Positions 63,250 to 64,000 of a stretch of 64,000 nt of DNA are shown here, in pieces; the first letter of the stretch is position 1, and every line of letters starts with the position of its first letter. The notes beneath the pieces were generated by a model. The model ran no database searches and was not told the DNA's origin. It saw nothing but the letters and a program-made list of their open reading frames with translations. Location of the stretch: the NCBI GenBank assembly GCA_041751875.1, contig JBGSIC010000018.1, forward strand, positions 32,723-96,722. Reading direction: 5' to 3'. Made by a program: the position numbers and the translations under genes. Origin of the DNA: Bdellovibrionota bacterium. GTDB lineage: Bacteria; Bdellovibrionota; FAC87; UBA2466; JACKAF01.

Positions 63250-64000
63250 ATGAAACTCACCCTTTACATCGCTTTTGGGTTCGCCCTTTTTAGTGCAAGT
63301 CACGCGCAAGCCAAACCGTGGACACGCGTTTCGACCCTGCTTGAACTAGAACCAGGCCTTTCGTGTCGCGCATACTTATGGCTCCCGGATGGCGAAGTGG
63401 ATCGCCCTCTCATTTTCTACGCCTACGGAACCGGAATATACAGTGCGGCTGAAAATATTCACCCCGCTGCAAAGTCTTTTCTAGAAAAAGGGCGAGCCGC
63501 CGTTTTGACTTTCGACAAACCGGGAATTGAAAACACATTGGACAAGGGGAGCGTTTACGAGCGCGACGTGTTTGCGCGTCACCGACAGGGACATTTAGTC
63601 GCTTGCGCAAAAGCTGCGGTCGCATGGGCCAGTGAAAAAGCGGAAGTCGGGGCGGATTCTTCGATTTTGCTTTTGGGACACAGCGAGGGCGCGCAGGTGC
63701 TGACACGTCTCTACGCAGAGTGGATGGAACAAAGTGATCCCGAAACAGAACGGGTGGAACTGTTGCAGCTCTCCGGTGCTCCTTTAGATGACTGGAAAAA
63801 ATTCATCGGCTGTCAGATGGCCGGAGATGCGGAGTTTGAAAAGAGATTCGAAAAAGCTCTCAAGGAAAATGACGAAGAGTTTTTTCTGGCCGCTGAGAAC
63901 GCCGGCGTGCCTTTAGAATATTTGAAAGAGATGTTTGAGACGCCCGCTTTGTATGAAATGTTGCAAACGCTACTCAGTGAACGGCCTGAGTTAAATGTGG
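63250..64000 (+). CDS. secreted alpha/beta-hydrolase-fold protein (partial, runs off window)
   Basis: ATG at 63250 (not in the ORF track because it is open-ended). Signal peptide MKLTLYIAFGFALFSASHAQA. GHSEG nucleophile-elbow motif. Confidence 0.5.
   Translation, partial: MKLTLYIAFGFALFSASHAQAKPWTRVSTLLELEPGLSCRAYLWLPDGEVDRPLIFYAYGTGIYSAAENIHPAAKSFLEKGRAAVLTFDKPGIENTLDKGSVYERDVFARHRQGHLVACAKAAVAWASEKAEVGADSSILLLGHSEGAQVLTRLYAEWMEQSDPETERVELLQLSGAPLDDWKKFIGCQMAGDAEFEKRFEKALKENDEEFFLAAENAGVPLEYLKEMFETPALYEMLQTLLSERPELNV

Noticed and set aside
1-64000. Mobile elements, prophage, restriction-modification, toxin-antitoxin or known defence-system genes
   Set aside because: No integrase, transposase, recombinase, methyltransferase or endonuclease pair, toxin fold, or reverse transcriptase was recognisable in any frame. 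The window looks like core chromosome plus lineage-specific envelope and secreted genes.

Overview
This 64-kb window is a dense, roughly 50 % GC bacterial chromosomal segment with about 70 coding genes and no rRNA, tRNA, CRISPR, transposase or integrase. Many convergent gene pairs share or nearly share stop codons, and GTG/TTG starts are frequent. Housekeeping content includes lysA-lysC, cydAB, ssb, secA, rsmD-coaD, plsC, hemW, an M16 peptidase, an aspartate-type aminotransferase and a cbpA-like J-protein. The window is rich in envelope and surface functions. These include several outer-membrane beta-barrel genes and an Omp85-family protein. A dispersed sugar-modification cluster (33.1-42.0 kb) combines a GT2 polyprenyl-phosphate glycosyltransferase, a GT-C ArnT/PMT-like transferase, a formyltransferase, WbqC, a methyltransferase, an NAD epimerase, a DegT aminotransferase and a Gfo/Idh/MocA oxidoreductase. 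There is an orphan pilM and a partial Flp/Tad-like pilus mini-locus (flp pilin, TadE-like, prepilin-like micro-ORF, cpaB) preceded by a sigma-54-type promoter. Gene content (OMP-rich, Flp pili, a GnnA/GnnB-like pair with mannosyl-type GT-C machinery, PhaR) is compatible with a Bdellovibrio-like (Bdellovibrionota) predator, but that assignment is inference only. The most unusual signals are: a candidate sigma-54-driven, A/C-rich repeat-bearing sRNA with a strong terminator at 13.78-14.03 kb; a roughly 90-bp palindromic intergenic repeat family with at least 2-3 copies, one replacing the 5' end of rsmD; a divergent pair of large secreted proteins of unknown function at 18.1-23.4 kb (the 1099-aa one with a possible transglutaminase-like Cys-His-Asp core); and a tandem pair of paralogous secreted proteins at 29.2-31.0 kb with a conserved CRxxFETLYxGP C-terminal motif.
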